The notes under the pieces are model-generated. The model did no database searches, was not told the DNA's origin, and was given only the letters and a program-made list of their open reading frames with translations. Positions 39,028 through 51,559 of a stretch of 64,000 bases of DNA are shown piece by piece. This stretch comes from Laetmonice hystrix (lineage: Eukaryota), in NCBI GenBank assembly GCA_965235115.1, contig OZ249446.1, positions 6,758,001 through 6,822,000 of the forward strand. The letters are read 5' to 3'. Positions within the stretch are counted from its first letter, which is position 1. Every line of letters starts with the position of its first letter. The translations under genes and the position numbers were made by a program.

Positions 39028-42000
39028 TTATCAGCCAAAAGCTGAAGATATTAGTAGGGTTGGCAGCAAATAGGAATTCTGAGAGTTAGCGTGTAAAATA
39101 CATAGAAAGCTAACCAGGACAGTGAATGCCTATGGTGTTCAGTAGAAGATAGTGCAACAGTTCCACAAGGTGAAAGGCTACAGCAGGCCATCATCAAGAT
39201 AAATTTAGGGAAAGCACACAGTTATTTAGCAAGTCCCAAGGGCTCAAATTTTGTAGTTAGGATGGTACTTATCCCATTGAAGTCTGTAAGAAAATCGCAT
39301 AGTAAGAAGCAGTCCCAAAGGGCACTGTAGTATAGACGAAAACAGTTTCTGTAAGGATAACAGTAAATGCCAGAGATATTAGAACCGTTCTAAGAGATTG
39401 GCTAGTGCTCATCCATCGTGAGTCTAAAGTATTTAGTCCCTCCGTTATCAGCCCAAGGCTGAAGACATCAGTAGGGTTGACAGCATAGCAATTCTGAGAG
39501 TTGGTGTGTAAAATACACGAAAAACTAACCAGGACAATGAACGCCTATGGCATCCAGTAGAATGCAGTCCCAACAGTTCCGCAAAGGTTGAAGGCACGCA
39601 TACAGAGTGCAGCAGACCATCATCAAGATAAATTCAGGCTAAGCACACAGTTCTTTGGCAAGTCCTGAGGACTCAAATTGTGTAGTTAAGATGGTGTTCG
39701 GCCAATTCAAATCTGTAAGAAAAATGGCATGGTAAGAAACAGTCCCAAAGGGCACTGTAGAATATAAGAAACAATTTTGATAAGGGTAAAGGTAAACGCC
39801 AGAGATATTAGACCAGTTCTAAGAGATTGGATAGTGCCCAACTATCACGAGTCTGAAGCATTTAGTCCCTCAGTTATAAGTCCAAGGCTGAAGACATCAG
39901 TACGGTTGACAGCATAGAGGAATTCTGAGAAATGTAAAAATACACGTGAAATGTAAAATACACGAAGAACTGACAAGGACAATGAACGCCTATGGCATCC
40001 AGTATAATGCAGTCCCAACAGTTCCACAAAGGTCTCATGCACTCGTCCAGGGCGCAGCAGGCCAATCATCAAGATAAATTCAGGCTGAGCATACAGTTCT
40101 TTGGCAAGTCCCGAGGACTCAAATTAGTAGTTAGGATGGTGTTCAGCCGATTTAAGTCTGTAAGAAAAATGGGATGGTAAGAGGCAGTCCCAAAGGGCAC
40201 TGTAAAATATAAGAAACAATTTTGGTAGCCATAACGGTTAACGCCAGAGATATTAGAACAGTTCTGAGAGATTGGCTAGTGCTCATCCATCGTGAGTCTA
40301 AAGTATTTAGTCCCTCCGTTATCAGCCCAAGGCTGAAGACATCAGTAGGGTTGACAGCATAGCAATTCTAAGAATTGGTGTGTAAAATGTATGAAAAACT
40401 AACCAGGACAATGAATGCCTATGGCATCCAGTAGAATGCAGTCCCACAGTTCTGCAAAGGTTGAAGGCACGCGTACAGAGTGCAGCAGACCATCATCAAG
40501 ATAAATTCAGGCTAGGCACACAGTTCTTTGGCAAGTCCTGAGGACTCAAATTGTGTAGTTAAGATGGTGTTCGGCCAATTCAAATCTGGAAGAAAACTGG
40601 GATGGTAAGTGGCAGTCCCAAAGGGCACTGTAAAATAGAAGAAACCATTTTGATAAATTTATGCTGGACACACAGTTATTGAGGAAGTCCTGAAGACTAA
40701 AATTCGTAGTTAGGATGGTGTTCAACCGGTTCAAGTCTGTGTGAAAATGATACTGTAAGAAGCCGTCCCAAAGGGCACTGTGGAATAGAGGAAACAATTT
40801 CGGTACAGGTAACGGTTAACGCCAGAGAAAATAGAACAGTTCTAAGAGATTGGCTAGTCCATCAAGAGCCTAAAGGGGTTAGTCCCTGAATTATCAGCCC
40901 AGGGCTGAAGACATCAGTAGGGTGGCCGCATATGGTAATTCAGAGAGTTCTTCATCCAAATACTAGACTCATTGAGAAGTCCTATTGACTCAGAAATATG
41001 TGACTAAGGGTAAGCACACCAGTCAGGACCAATCCCTAAGGTAACCAGAGAACAGAATATACTATTTCGATAAAGATAACGGATACGATTCAAATATTAG
41101 AAAAGAATGGATTGACACTGATATATTCTCTATGCTTAATCCTTCCAAGTAAATGATGAAATTTGAGTCGAAGGCCGACGCATATGAGAATATGAGAAAT
41201 TGGGCGTAACATATTTAAAGGTGGAGCTGCAGCTCCACGAAAGCCGAAAACACCAGGGCTGCAGTGTCCAGCAGACTATCATTAGGCTGTCGAAAGGTTG
41301 CTGACAGAGTGTTCGGAGAAGTTCTGTTGACTTCGGACGGTCATCAGGGTTGAATACGGGTTGAACTCAGCCATATAGCAAAAAGCATAGCTAGTAGAAA
41401 AAAAGACACAGGAAGATATTTCGATAATAACGTAAGGACAGTGTTATAGCTTTAGTTAGAATTCCTAGAGGATATACATTCTGGACTGTCTGCCTGAGTC
41501 AGATATTAACAAGTCCAAAGGAAATCCTCGAAGTTATCTGGAAGCGCTGGAATAGCTCCAGTTTGGTTGAGGTCACCCCAACGGGATGCTGAAGATATTA
41601 TGATCCTCGCCACGGTCATCTATCTGGAGATATGGATATGACCAAGTCGTAAGGCTGGAAGGACGTTCGCCAGGTAAGACATTAACAATTCCTAAGGACT
41701 CGAGCACACTTCATGTTCAAAAGATTAGTTGGTCAGAACCGGTCATAAAGGACCTTGAGTTTTATAGAGTTTAACAGAAATTGTCTGAAGAGAACTGCAA
41801 TGCTGAGTAAGGATGATGATGAAGTAAGGAAAGTTAAAAATAACAACTGAAATAGCAATCAACGGTGACAGGAACTTCAAAGAGATCTATTACAGTCTAT
41901 CGGATGCTAAAATTATGAAGTCTAACGTCACTGAGACAAAAGGTGTAGAGAATCCGGTCTATTCAGGTCTATTCTAATCATTAAGTGAGCATACAGAGCT

Positions 42001-43882
42001 GAAACCGCTTCGTCAGGTTTAACTATGAAATTACTAGGTTCTAATAACTCAATTTAAGCAATAAGTAGACACAGTAGTCAGAACTGATTTGGCTAAGTAA
42101 TAAGGAGACCAAAAGGGTGTGAGAAATACAATGCAATACAATAAATGGTATACCACTAGAAAACACACGCTATGTCTACCTTACAACAGGTTACATAGAT
42201 AAAATACCAAATGATATCTTATCATTTAATGTTAGGATTAGTGTTAGGATTATGAAGATATACTGATAAAATACAACATCACGGACTTGAAGCCCTAGGA
42301 ATGCAGGTCCGTCGGACCCATATTTCAGGTATTGCAGGTGTATCAGACCTACATTTTAGGGGGACTTGGAAGTCTGTTACATAGCGATGGAGATCATGGA
42401 AAGACATTTACTTCGCTAGGGATGGCATGAAAAACACAAAAACACATTCGAACAGATTGTGAGATAGTGCCTAGCATGCAGGGACTATTGCAGAAATCTA
42501 CCGGTCATTTACTCATTTCAACTCCAGCAGCTGACATATATTTTTGTCTTGTGACCGTCAGCTCAAGGCTGACGATATCGACCTAAGACCTCAACGTTTA
42601 TCCATTACATTGCATGGAAAAGCCGAAACAGAGTTGGCACAGGCTCCCGAAAATGCGACCATCGCGAGTCAGGATCACATGCCATTGTATTTTACAAGTG
42701 CTAGTGACTGAATCTCATATAATATGGAAACATGACAATCAGTGATTTGGCTGGGTAAAGACGGCGTAAAACGAATCACAAAGGTAGGTATCCTGATGTC
42801 CGATTTTCTAGAAATGAAATTTGTTTTAGAATTCTTAAAGACTATAGCCCCCTAGCCAGTGTCTAGGACATGGGCCTGTATCAGCCCGTTTTCAACTGTA
42901 TGTAGTTTGGAACGGGAAACGTTTGCAGATCTTTGACTTTGCACAGATTGCACAGTTCATATTGTCTTAGAATACGGTAACGGTTAATGATATGATTATC
43001 GGCGTCATTCTCAATAGAAAGAAGACCGATTTTACTAATTTTTAGCCCCACACTGCTGGAAACACCACGGTTTCTGTGCGGCTAAAGATGATTTTTTTGT
43101 AAGCCTCAGCAAAACAAACTGTTTACACACGTGAAGTGAAGATGGAATCGTATATCTATATGCCTGCCGCTTCGTTTCTAAGGCACAAAATGACATTATT
43201 AACAAATCTTAAATTTTAACGAGTGCATGCAGCGGACTTTATCACCATTTTGCCACCGTCACCATTTGGCTTAGTGAAACGCTCAGCAGGGTATTAACGA
43301 CCTAAGCCGCAAAGTAAGTTTTCAATACCAAAATAGAATATATTCTCTGAAGATACATTTTAGTCGTCTACTACATGCCTTCAGACTGACGTCAATAGTT
43401 ATTCAACGAATGTACACATGTATGTTTATGAACGAAATCCGATTGAACAATTTGAATCGTCTTAAGAGCTTATCTTTGGAAACAGGATGGCAGTAGGCCT
43501 TTAGATTATATTAGATTTAATCAACACAGTGCATTGAGTGGCAATGACGTGAATTAAACCAAGGCTTATATTATTTTCATTTTCACCATCAAATATATCC
43601 GTACAGCTTTGAAACAAGGCATTTCGTGTTGTTTGGTCTCCCTTGCGAAATGTCAGTTTAATTAAGGCCCTGCCTCTGAATGCATTGACCTGATTTGACG
43701 GCTTAGCTCTAAAAACCAGATCGCGGTACGACTCTGAAGACCAAGAGGGCAGCATGACGTAGGTTGGAATCCTATTATGCTCTACCTTCTCGCCAAATAA
43801 ATGACAGAATAAGCATCTTTTTATCGTCATTATGAGTTTTCATCTCAGAAATACACAAATATCCCCCAAACGGAACACTCCA

Positions 43883-44068
43883 GTGGAGTCTACTGTAGGT
43901 TATGCCTGAAAGCGTGGAGTCTACTGTAGGTTATGCCTGAAAGCGTGGAGTCTACTGTAGGTTATGCCTGAAAGCGTGGAGTCTACTGTAGGTTATGCCT
44001 GAAAGCGTGGAGTCTACTGTAGGTTATTCCTGAAGGCGTGGAGTCTACTGTAGGTTATGCCTGAAAGC
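43883..44068. repeat. 31-bp minisatellite x6 (GTGGAGTCTACTGTAGGTTATGCCTGAAAGC)
   Basis: Six near-perfect copies, 186 bp. Confidence 0.95.
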
Positions 44069-47000
44069 GTCATGCCGTTAATAACGGCTTCTATAACATA
44101 GTGAATTCTAGCAATGTTAATATTTCTAATGATCGAAAAACTCTATTCGTTCGGGCAGGTCAGGGTATAAAATTCCGGTAAGTGACCATGGGCTCTCACG
44201 TCCCGGGGTGTGTTTCGTTTCTTGTTGTCAAGGATGTAAGTCTGTCGGCCAGACCGAGGCTAAGCACGATCAGTATGTTTGGATATCCAGTTCCTGTTTA
44301 TGGAACACTGCACCGCACGTGATGATTCCAGAGTGTGACTATTCTAAATTGAGATACTCATCTATGAGATAATGCATCACAGGATCAATCCATACCGTCA
44401 AGAAAAGCAAGAGGTGGCTTAACATCATATTTTTTTATACCGTAAGAACGATCAAATGAAAAAGATTTTTTATGGATAAAATGAGCCCATCGAAACTCGG
44501 GACAGGGGATATCAGCTTATTTGCGTTCTTATAAGCTATTTCGGAGAAACGGTTTCTTTCTGTAACCTATTTGGCAATTCAACTATCGGGTCTAGTCGGT
44601 GACACTATGCGTGAAGAGCAATGATTGTAAAGAAACGCTGAAGAGGCGCTGCTTGGGTGCAGATTAGTACCATAAGTTCACACCAGGGGCCGCCAGCGTT
44701 TGAGTTGCCGTGCCTTCTGGCAACATTCAGCTCTTTTGCTTCGGCATTGTTCGGGTGTGTTCGTCGGTTCGTGATTCATTTGATCGCCACTTGGTGGCAT
44801 TGCATAGACCGATCATCAGCTGGTGGCGACACCTGGTGTCAAAACATTTCCAGTGCCGCGTCCAGTCGTGTGCCAATAATGTTCTTGACATTCTCTGCCC
44901 CATAAAGATGTGAAGGTCAATTCCATCGGCCCTGGCAGATTCCTGAAGCACGACGGAGACTATTGTAGCCTAAGTCATATATGTTGACCTTCAGGCTAGA
45001 CATTTAACATTACGCCTACTTATAATGGATTTCCTTAGGCGTATGCCCTTACCAAAATGCAGTTCGATACGTATTACGGACATGCTATATGCAAAGGTGA
45101 GACAAATAAACATGCAGCAAAGGATAAAATGGAAGATAAAAGAAATTAGAGGGCATGGATACATAAATAAAGTTGTTGTTGAGTATGGTTCTGTATCTCA
45201 TAAGAGTCTATTTATTTCCTCCTCCATTATGTTGTACAATACCAGAGGTAATACCAACCCTATAATAGATATGTTGACCGTTGAAACAAACACAAGTATT
45301 CCATTGTAGCTATAGGCAATTGGAAATCCGCATCCGCTTTAATACGAGAGAGGAAATTAGCCTCTCATTGTCAGTGTTTGCCAATACATTATCTTCAGTG
45401 AAGCTTTCCACTTCCCAGTCTCAGTATCCGGTCATTGTATATTATGGTAGGCCTGCACCTGCCAAGTTCTTTCACAATACGTCCATACAATATCCTCGTT
45501 CTGTAGTATTTTACAATTAATTAGCGATTTTTCTCCAGGTGGAGGAAGCTGAGCCGAGCTGAGCTACTCTGACATGAGCCGATTTCTCCACGTAGTGCGG
45601 CTGTATATTGCTATAAACAAAGAGGCAGTCAAGGCTGTGTATCTTATGCGGTTTTGATTTTTCTACACCGATTTGTTCTTTCATTATCTACCATAACGGG
45701 CACCAGTCAAACTTTAGTAATTAATCCGATCCGGAGATAAGGCGGCTTGTATCCGTTATGACCTTTCGTTTCCTGCCCTGAGTGGTCACCTCACTGGGCC
45801 TGAGATCCACGCCTTGACACCTCATCGTATCTACATGATCGTATCATATAACCTGACTGCGCTCACCACAACCATACCAAATATGGATACGCCGAGAGCG
45901 CTCACGCCACTCGGTGATTCTGTGGAAAACTTTTCCCCTGTGTCTGAGATACACTTTTTCATTTGTATGTTCAGACCTTATGAGTATATAAAGGAGACAT
46001 TGTGAATCTACACCATAAAAAAACAGAGATGATAAAAGTTTAACAATGAACGAGTCCAAAAATACAGGAAAGCTGTTACATATTATTCCGACCGGCGTTG
46101 GACACTTGAGCAAGACGTGGGCTTATTGAAAAACACCTGCGTTTACTATATTAATTTTGTCCGAAAGAGTTACTGCACCAGTTCGTTCATTTCATGTTTA
46201 TTAGACCAAATATGGTCTCTTAAACACGAATGGAAGGTATTTTTGGACGCGTATAGGCAGATAAACATCCATCCACGTTTATGAAACGCGTCGATAAATT
46301 TAAACAGGAACGACGCTATATCTAGGCCTCCTAATCTGAAATCACGTTTCCATCAGCTTGATGTTGTCATGACAAGATATAATATACCAACGTATTTCTG
46401 TATTGCTGCCTATTAGTTTGGTGCTGAGGTTTCAAAATTAGATCCCAGAGTCACGCAATTCGGACACGTTTTCCTCTGCCTCATTTGATGGACGTGTGAT
46501 GAGTTTTCTGATATAGGAGGCATGTACTTGACCAGCGTGCATACAAAATGTGTCATTTTACGAAAACCGTCTCTGACAGTGAAACACACTATTAACAGTG
46601 TTGGATGTAGGCAAAATGCAAGTGGTAACATGGGTGTTTTGATGAAATTACACCAACACTAACATTTTCGTCCCTCGTGAAAAGGAGAAAAAAAGGCAAA
46701 TACATTCAACCTCATCTCAGAAAAGTGCACTTTCAGATCAGTGGGACGAGATAGAGTAACCCATCACACACAACTGACTCTCGTTTTGCACGAGACGTAC
46801 ATTTTCCATTTGCAGTAAAAACTGAGTGCATTTTCACGATATGTGACTTTGAAATCCCGGTAGACAGATTCGTCACAAGTTAGGTTGACGTCCGCTTTAG
46901 TGCACTCTGAATCGAACCACGTCCACAAATCGTATCCAGTGGTCCAGAATGCCCTACAGACATCGGCTTTACCGGGTAGGACCGGATTACATTAGGAGAT

Positions 47001-47102
47001 GCTGACACACAAGTATAATCCATCACTCGCTTGATGATTATAATCTGGTCCATGTGGTTCAAGTCAGTAGGATAATCTCAAATCACACGTGCGGTGCTCA
47101 AA

Positions 47103-47303
47103 TTCTCCACAGACTAGTCTGTCCTTCTGGCTTGGCTGAATTTTAATTTAAAGTTCCGTTAGCAGTGTTGGATTTTCCACAGACTAGTCTGTCCTTCTGG
47201 CTTGGCTGACTTTTAATTTAAAGTTCCGTTAGCAGTGTTGGATTTCTCCACAGACTAGTCTGTCCTTTTGGCTTGGCTGACTTTTGAATTTAAAGTTCCG
47301 TTA
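47103..47303. repeat. 70-71-bp tandem repeat, about 2.8 copies
   Basis: Unit ccacagactagtctgtccttctggcttggctga...aaagttccgttagcagtgttggat. Confidence 0.9.
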
Positions 47304-48498
47304 CTTCTTGTAAGTCATCAGAGTTAATTAGTGTGTCTCCTCTTTTGACAAGACTCATCACAGTGTTAATAATACTGGCGTACAGAATCTAAACAAAAAT
47401 TTATTTGAAGCATTGCACATCTTGCCTCGGTCGGTGGTCGGTGTATATGGGAGTCCAGAGTAGATCATGCAGTCTAAGCTTTTCGCTGATGGCCAAAGGG
47501 CCTCATACTTGGTTGAAATCCCCGTCATTATGTGGAAATCAACTACTTGCTGCAGGGAAGTGGTTTCGTAGGGTACTCCAGATTCATCCATCAGCCAAAC
47601 CAACTGCCTTTACATAACCTTATTGTGCTGAGGCGGAACGGACCATTACTCACTGGGGCTGAGGCAACTGCATCGACGCGCAGGCACGCACGCACGTCCG
47701 CAGGGCAGGGCAGGGCAAACTGCCCTGCTTTGTTTTGTTTCATGTTGACAGGATGGCGGATGCACCTTTTCATTTCTCCCAAACAGTTCTGAAACGGCAA
47801 TGTCGTTTCTTCTCCGTATTAGACCTACTCCAGCGAAAGGAGTTCACGTATTCCATGAGGTACATTTAAACATCGGGAACGAGGCTTGTATAACAGGATG
47901 TCGGAGACGAACTTGTCCCTGAATTGTGTGGTTCAGTCGTCCACATTGTCTATATTAATTTCCGCACACATCAGAGCCTCCATGCACTCCCGGCACGGCG
48001 GCGGACGAATCGACGTACAGCGACCTCTGGAGGGAACCCCTCACATTACGCACTTCCTCTCTTTAACGCGGCAGGACATGTTTTTCATAATTTTACGATC
48101 GCATTTGAGCGTATTTCCCAGCGTCCATCGCATGCACTGAGACTCGTTCTGACGACCCGGATGTTTGTCAATCGTACGACTCAAGCGGCGTCTTCAACCA
48201 GCCACGCACGACGGTGACGGGACGTCCCACCGGACGTTTGGCGGGCGGACGGCCCCCCGACTGGACACTCGCGCATATCTGAACAGAAACCTTTAAAAAT
48301 CTATAAAAAACGGTGGCTGAATAATCAACTGACTAAATAAACGGTGCTGAAACTAATAATTTGTTCAGAATAAAATATTAATTAGAAATGCAGGAAAATA
48401 ATAAATGATATTGATAATAATAATACAAATAGTTTAAAAAATATATTTGAAAAAGTAGTTAAAAACAAAATTAAGACAAAAAAATAAAATAAATAAAA

Positions 48499-48500
<2 letters not shown>

Positions 48501-48557
<57 letters not shown>
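48501..48557. repeat. (AAT)n microsatellite
   Basis: About 19 units. Confidence 0.95.
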
Positions 48558-48558
<1 letters not shown>

Positions 48559-48854
48559 TCAAAATATTATAAAATAATGCCGACGCGTGATCTCGCGTAC
48601 CGAAGTCGATTGTTGCCACGAATTATATTGATTGATGAATGCATTAAAAGCGAAGTCGCCAGCGGTTGGTAGAATGTCAGAAGAACTATGTTCGATACAA
48701 TGTCGTCCTGTTCTGCACAAACCCCCCACGGTTCCTGGCAGGAAGATTGGCTTGCTTCAAGAGCTTAGCCGTGACGATTCTAGACGCGATACTAGATGGT
48801 ATATGGTCTGCGAGGTCTTCCGTTCCGCCTTGTACTTAATGCCGCTGCCTTAGT

Positions 48855-49255
48855 GAGTGAGGTAATTAGGAAGTCCTACTTAGCGCCTTAGCACGAGGTT
48901 ATATGCTATGGTAAACAGTTGGCCTGATGAAGGAGAACACCGCAAATCACCACAAGAAAACTTCCTATAAAAGAAGGAGTGCTAACTGCTAACCCATGCA
49001 GAGGGAGCCAGTCGTAGGTTCCATGAATGCTTTAATCTTAATCTTGCCATGCAGACAGAGGACTTGATTGACTTTGCTAGTTTTTGTCTTATGAAACGGA
49101 CAAAGATCTCCACTTGGCATTTAACAACCAGCATTAGCCAATCATGGGAACAGTGCCTCGCTGGTTGTTAGACGTTGGCTAGTGGTTTCAGGCGTGAGTT
49201 TGGCATTCACTTGACTTCACATTCCCGGTTAGGTAGATAATGGACCATTCCTTGT
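48855..49255 (-). mobile_element. Possible SINE-like interspersed repeat
   Basis: Begins with a tgagtgag tail-like motif as in the other SINE copies, followed by a moderately GC-rich body; family not identified. Confidence 0.25.
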
Positions 49256-50794
49256 AGTCATAGACTACCGGAAAACCGGTTCTTTGCCTTATGCTTAAGG
49301 CGAGAGATGTTATCAGTAAGGCTAATTACTCTGCATCAGGGGTATAGATATCCTGCGTTTTGAGCAATCGGCAGATGGAAAGATCTTTCGAATCGTTGTA
49401 TGGAATATGTTCTGAAGTTTTCCTCCATAAACAACATGGTTAGAAAAATAACAGCTATACCATACGTCGTCCTCAGTCGGACAATCGAGTAATGAGCAAT
49501 GATGATTTACATTTATGATGATGCGGGGTGACGACAATGATGATGTGGGATCATCATCATCACTATCATCATTACTGACTAACCAAAATACTATGCCCTC
49601 AATTGACGTCACTATACAATAGCTAAAAGGTGACTGCCACAATCTAAAGGTAATCAAGTACGTCATAATCGTTGACGATAACTCGCCATCTACTCCTAAC
49701 CTTTACTTTTTGTAACTTGTAATTAAATGTTGGGTGCTGATTTTCTTTGTTTCAAATCAACGTAATTGCTATTTTTGCCGTCCTCCCGGAAGGAGTGTCC
49801 GCCGACAAACGACCTTTTCATCAAAGCCTCTAATCTCGGGTTTTGGCCATACACAGGTGTTGACGTAAACCTTATTCTAAACCTAATCTAACCCTTTTTT
49901 AGCTCTACAAATGACGTTGGATGACCCACATAGACTGAGCAAACCAGACGTCACCGCATCCAATTAACTTTGGGTGTAATTAACTTGGCCTTTTTCAGAC
50001 CTGTAATTAACCAGATTTTAAAGAAACAAAAGCGTCCACTGCGAGCATAGCGTTGTAATGACAGATCGGAAACGTCTGTCTACGTACGTACTCCTGAGTA
50101 GAGTCACAAAGGACGGAAACATAAAGGTGAAACTAAATTAGAGAACCTCATACAAACAAAACATGTTATTTTTGTCAGCGACCTTAAAGGTTATAAACGA
50201 AAGTTTACAAACTACGTTATATTGGTCGTATGATACAGAGAATGTTTTCACCAGACAAGGCTTTCGTTTGAAATAGCCGGAAATGGATTTAAAATAGTTT
50301 TGGTCATTCGTTAAATACAGTGCTCTATCGTGGTCAAAAGAAACTTTTGTATCTGCAACTTATTATATTAAAATTAACATCAATCAATCTTTGTTTAGAA
50401 TGTGTACCACTGTAAAGGAGGTGAGGCAACATGTCTACCACACCCGTTTCTTTAACAGAGGACCTTATTGTATCAGGAATATAAAAAATGATTATAAATA
50501 CTATGTAGGTCGGCCTATCCCCCCTCCCCATGAAGACATTGAGGAAGATAAAGCATCTTTAACTAGTATCAAAGTAATTATAAAAATACTAAGTGTTTGA
50601 TGGGACAATAATTATGATGCCCCATTTCCAGACTCAGGCCTGTACCTGTGGTCCTGGTCGTTATGTTTCCCTATCAATAGTTTAAAATATGAAGAGCTTG
50701 AGGTGCACTGAACTCGCTACGTGTTAATGCTGTGAATAACATCATGGATGAATATGTTATGCAGGGTGTCCAAAAAAAAAATGGTACAACCATA

Positions 50795-51128
50795 TTGGTA
50801 CACCTTTTGCGAGCTTCGTCATGTAAGTTATGGAGACTCTTTTTTCAAAATTAATGGTCTTTATTTTATCCTGATTGGTCAATGCAATCATGAATTATGT
50901 TACTTTTTATTTATCAAAGTCATGACTTTGAAGGGCACTGTCAGACAGCGTGATGTGTAATCCTCATGGACATCACGCGGCCCCAAAGTAATTCAGAGGC
51001 ATCACTTTGATGACCGAACAGTAACATAATTCATGAATACATTGGCCAATCAAGATGAAATAAAGACCATTATTCTTGAAAAAGATTCCTTCTAACATAT
51101 GTGAATCCCGCAAATGTGATAGGTGTGA
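50795..51128. repeat. ~330-bp imperfect fold-back palindrome (arms about 155 bp, short loop near 50960-50970)
   Basis: Left arm aatggtctttattttatcctgattggtcaatgcaatcatgaattatgttac pairs with right arm gtaacataattcatgaatacattggccaatcaagatgaaataaagaccatt; the ORF track shows mirrored peptides on opposite strands (50748+, 50973-). Confidence 0.85.
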
Positions 51129-51487
51129 AATATGGTTTGGGGGGACACAGCCCCCACCAGTGGCAGCCGATGGTGTACACAAGACGACCCCAGAGAGTCG
51201 AGATTGGTGCTATAACTTGTCGAAATTGGCGCTATACCTTGTTGAACACGTGGACAGCAGTGACAGCTTTGAAAAGCCTTCAATTTGTTGTGACCAAATC
51301 CGTAGAGACCCTGCTGTTATACTTCGTCAGCGACCGGTGGCTAGATATACCAGCAAACGCGTGCCGCCCATAGTATATTCGCTTATTCTATCCCTAGTGT
51401 AATGTGTCAAGAACACAAAATGTATAAATACTATGTGGGTAGGTAAGAGGAACATCTGTAACGGTGGCTTACACACCGAACTTATAA

Positions 51488-51489
<2 letters not shown>

Positions 51490-51558
<69 letters not shown>
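51490..51558. repeat. (AAT)n microsatellite
   Basis: About 23 units. Confidence 0.95.

Positions 51559-51559
<1 letters not shown>

Larger units (their letters stand above)
22770..40940. repeat. Complex tandem array (satellite), about 42 diverged monomers of roughly 345-450 bp (typically 410-430 bp)
   Basis: Anchor GCAGTCCCAAAGGGCACTG (or close variant) recurs at about 22957, 23366, 23710, 24137, 24565, 24989, 25393 ... 40184, 40612, 40763; blocks between anchors are collinear. Confidence 0.95.
21300..42150 (+). pseudogene. Possible decayed LRR-coding sequence whose middle has been amplified into the tandem array
   Basis: Broken + strand motifs of LxxLxIxxCxxLxxL type: ILTLEIDG (~22.33 kb), IRTVEIGECPTIAGLKHF (~25.06 kb), TGCSRLSS (~24.43 kb), SSLVEVTPTGC, YLEIWI*PS, *DINNS*GLEH (41.55-41.71 kb). 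Requires several frameshifts; inference only. Confidence 0.3.

Noticed and set aside
23500-40400. Hammerhead ribozyme in the monomer (CTGAAGA fits CUGANGA, GAAA sometimes follows)
   Set aside because: No stem II closing pair before GAAA, GAAA is not conserved among monomers, and the minus strand has CTGATGT rather than CTGATGA.
23334-40797. Many 60-190-aa ORFs inside the array
   Set aside because: They recur with the repeat period on both strands, with inconsistent starts and stops; not individual genes.
22770-40940. CRISPR-like appearance (conserved palindromes separated by variable sequence)
   Set aside because: The intervening segments are homologous to each other rather than unique spacers, the context is eukaryotic, and no cas genes are present.
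44660-44960. Minus-strand fragment ending NAGGPWC, faintly kringle-like
   Set aside because: Lacks the other kringle cysteines, has in-frame stops and no clean splice sites.
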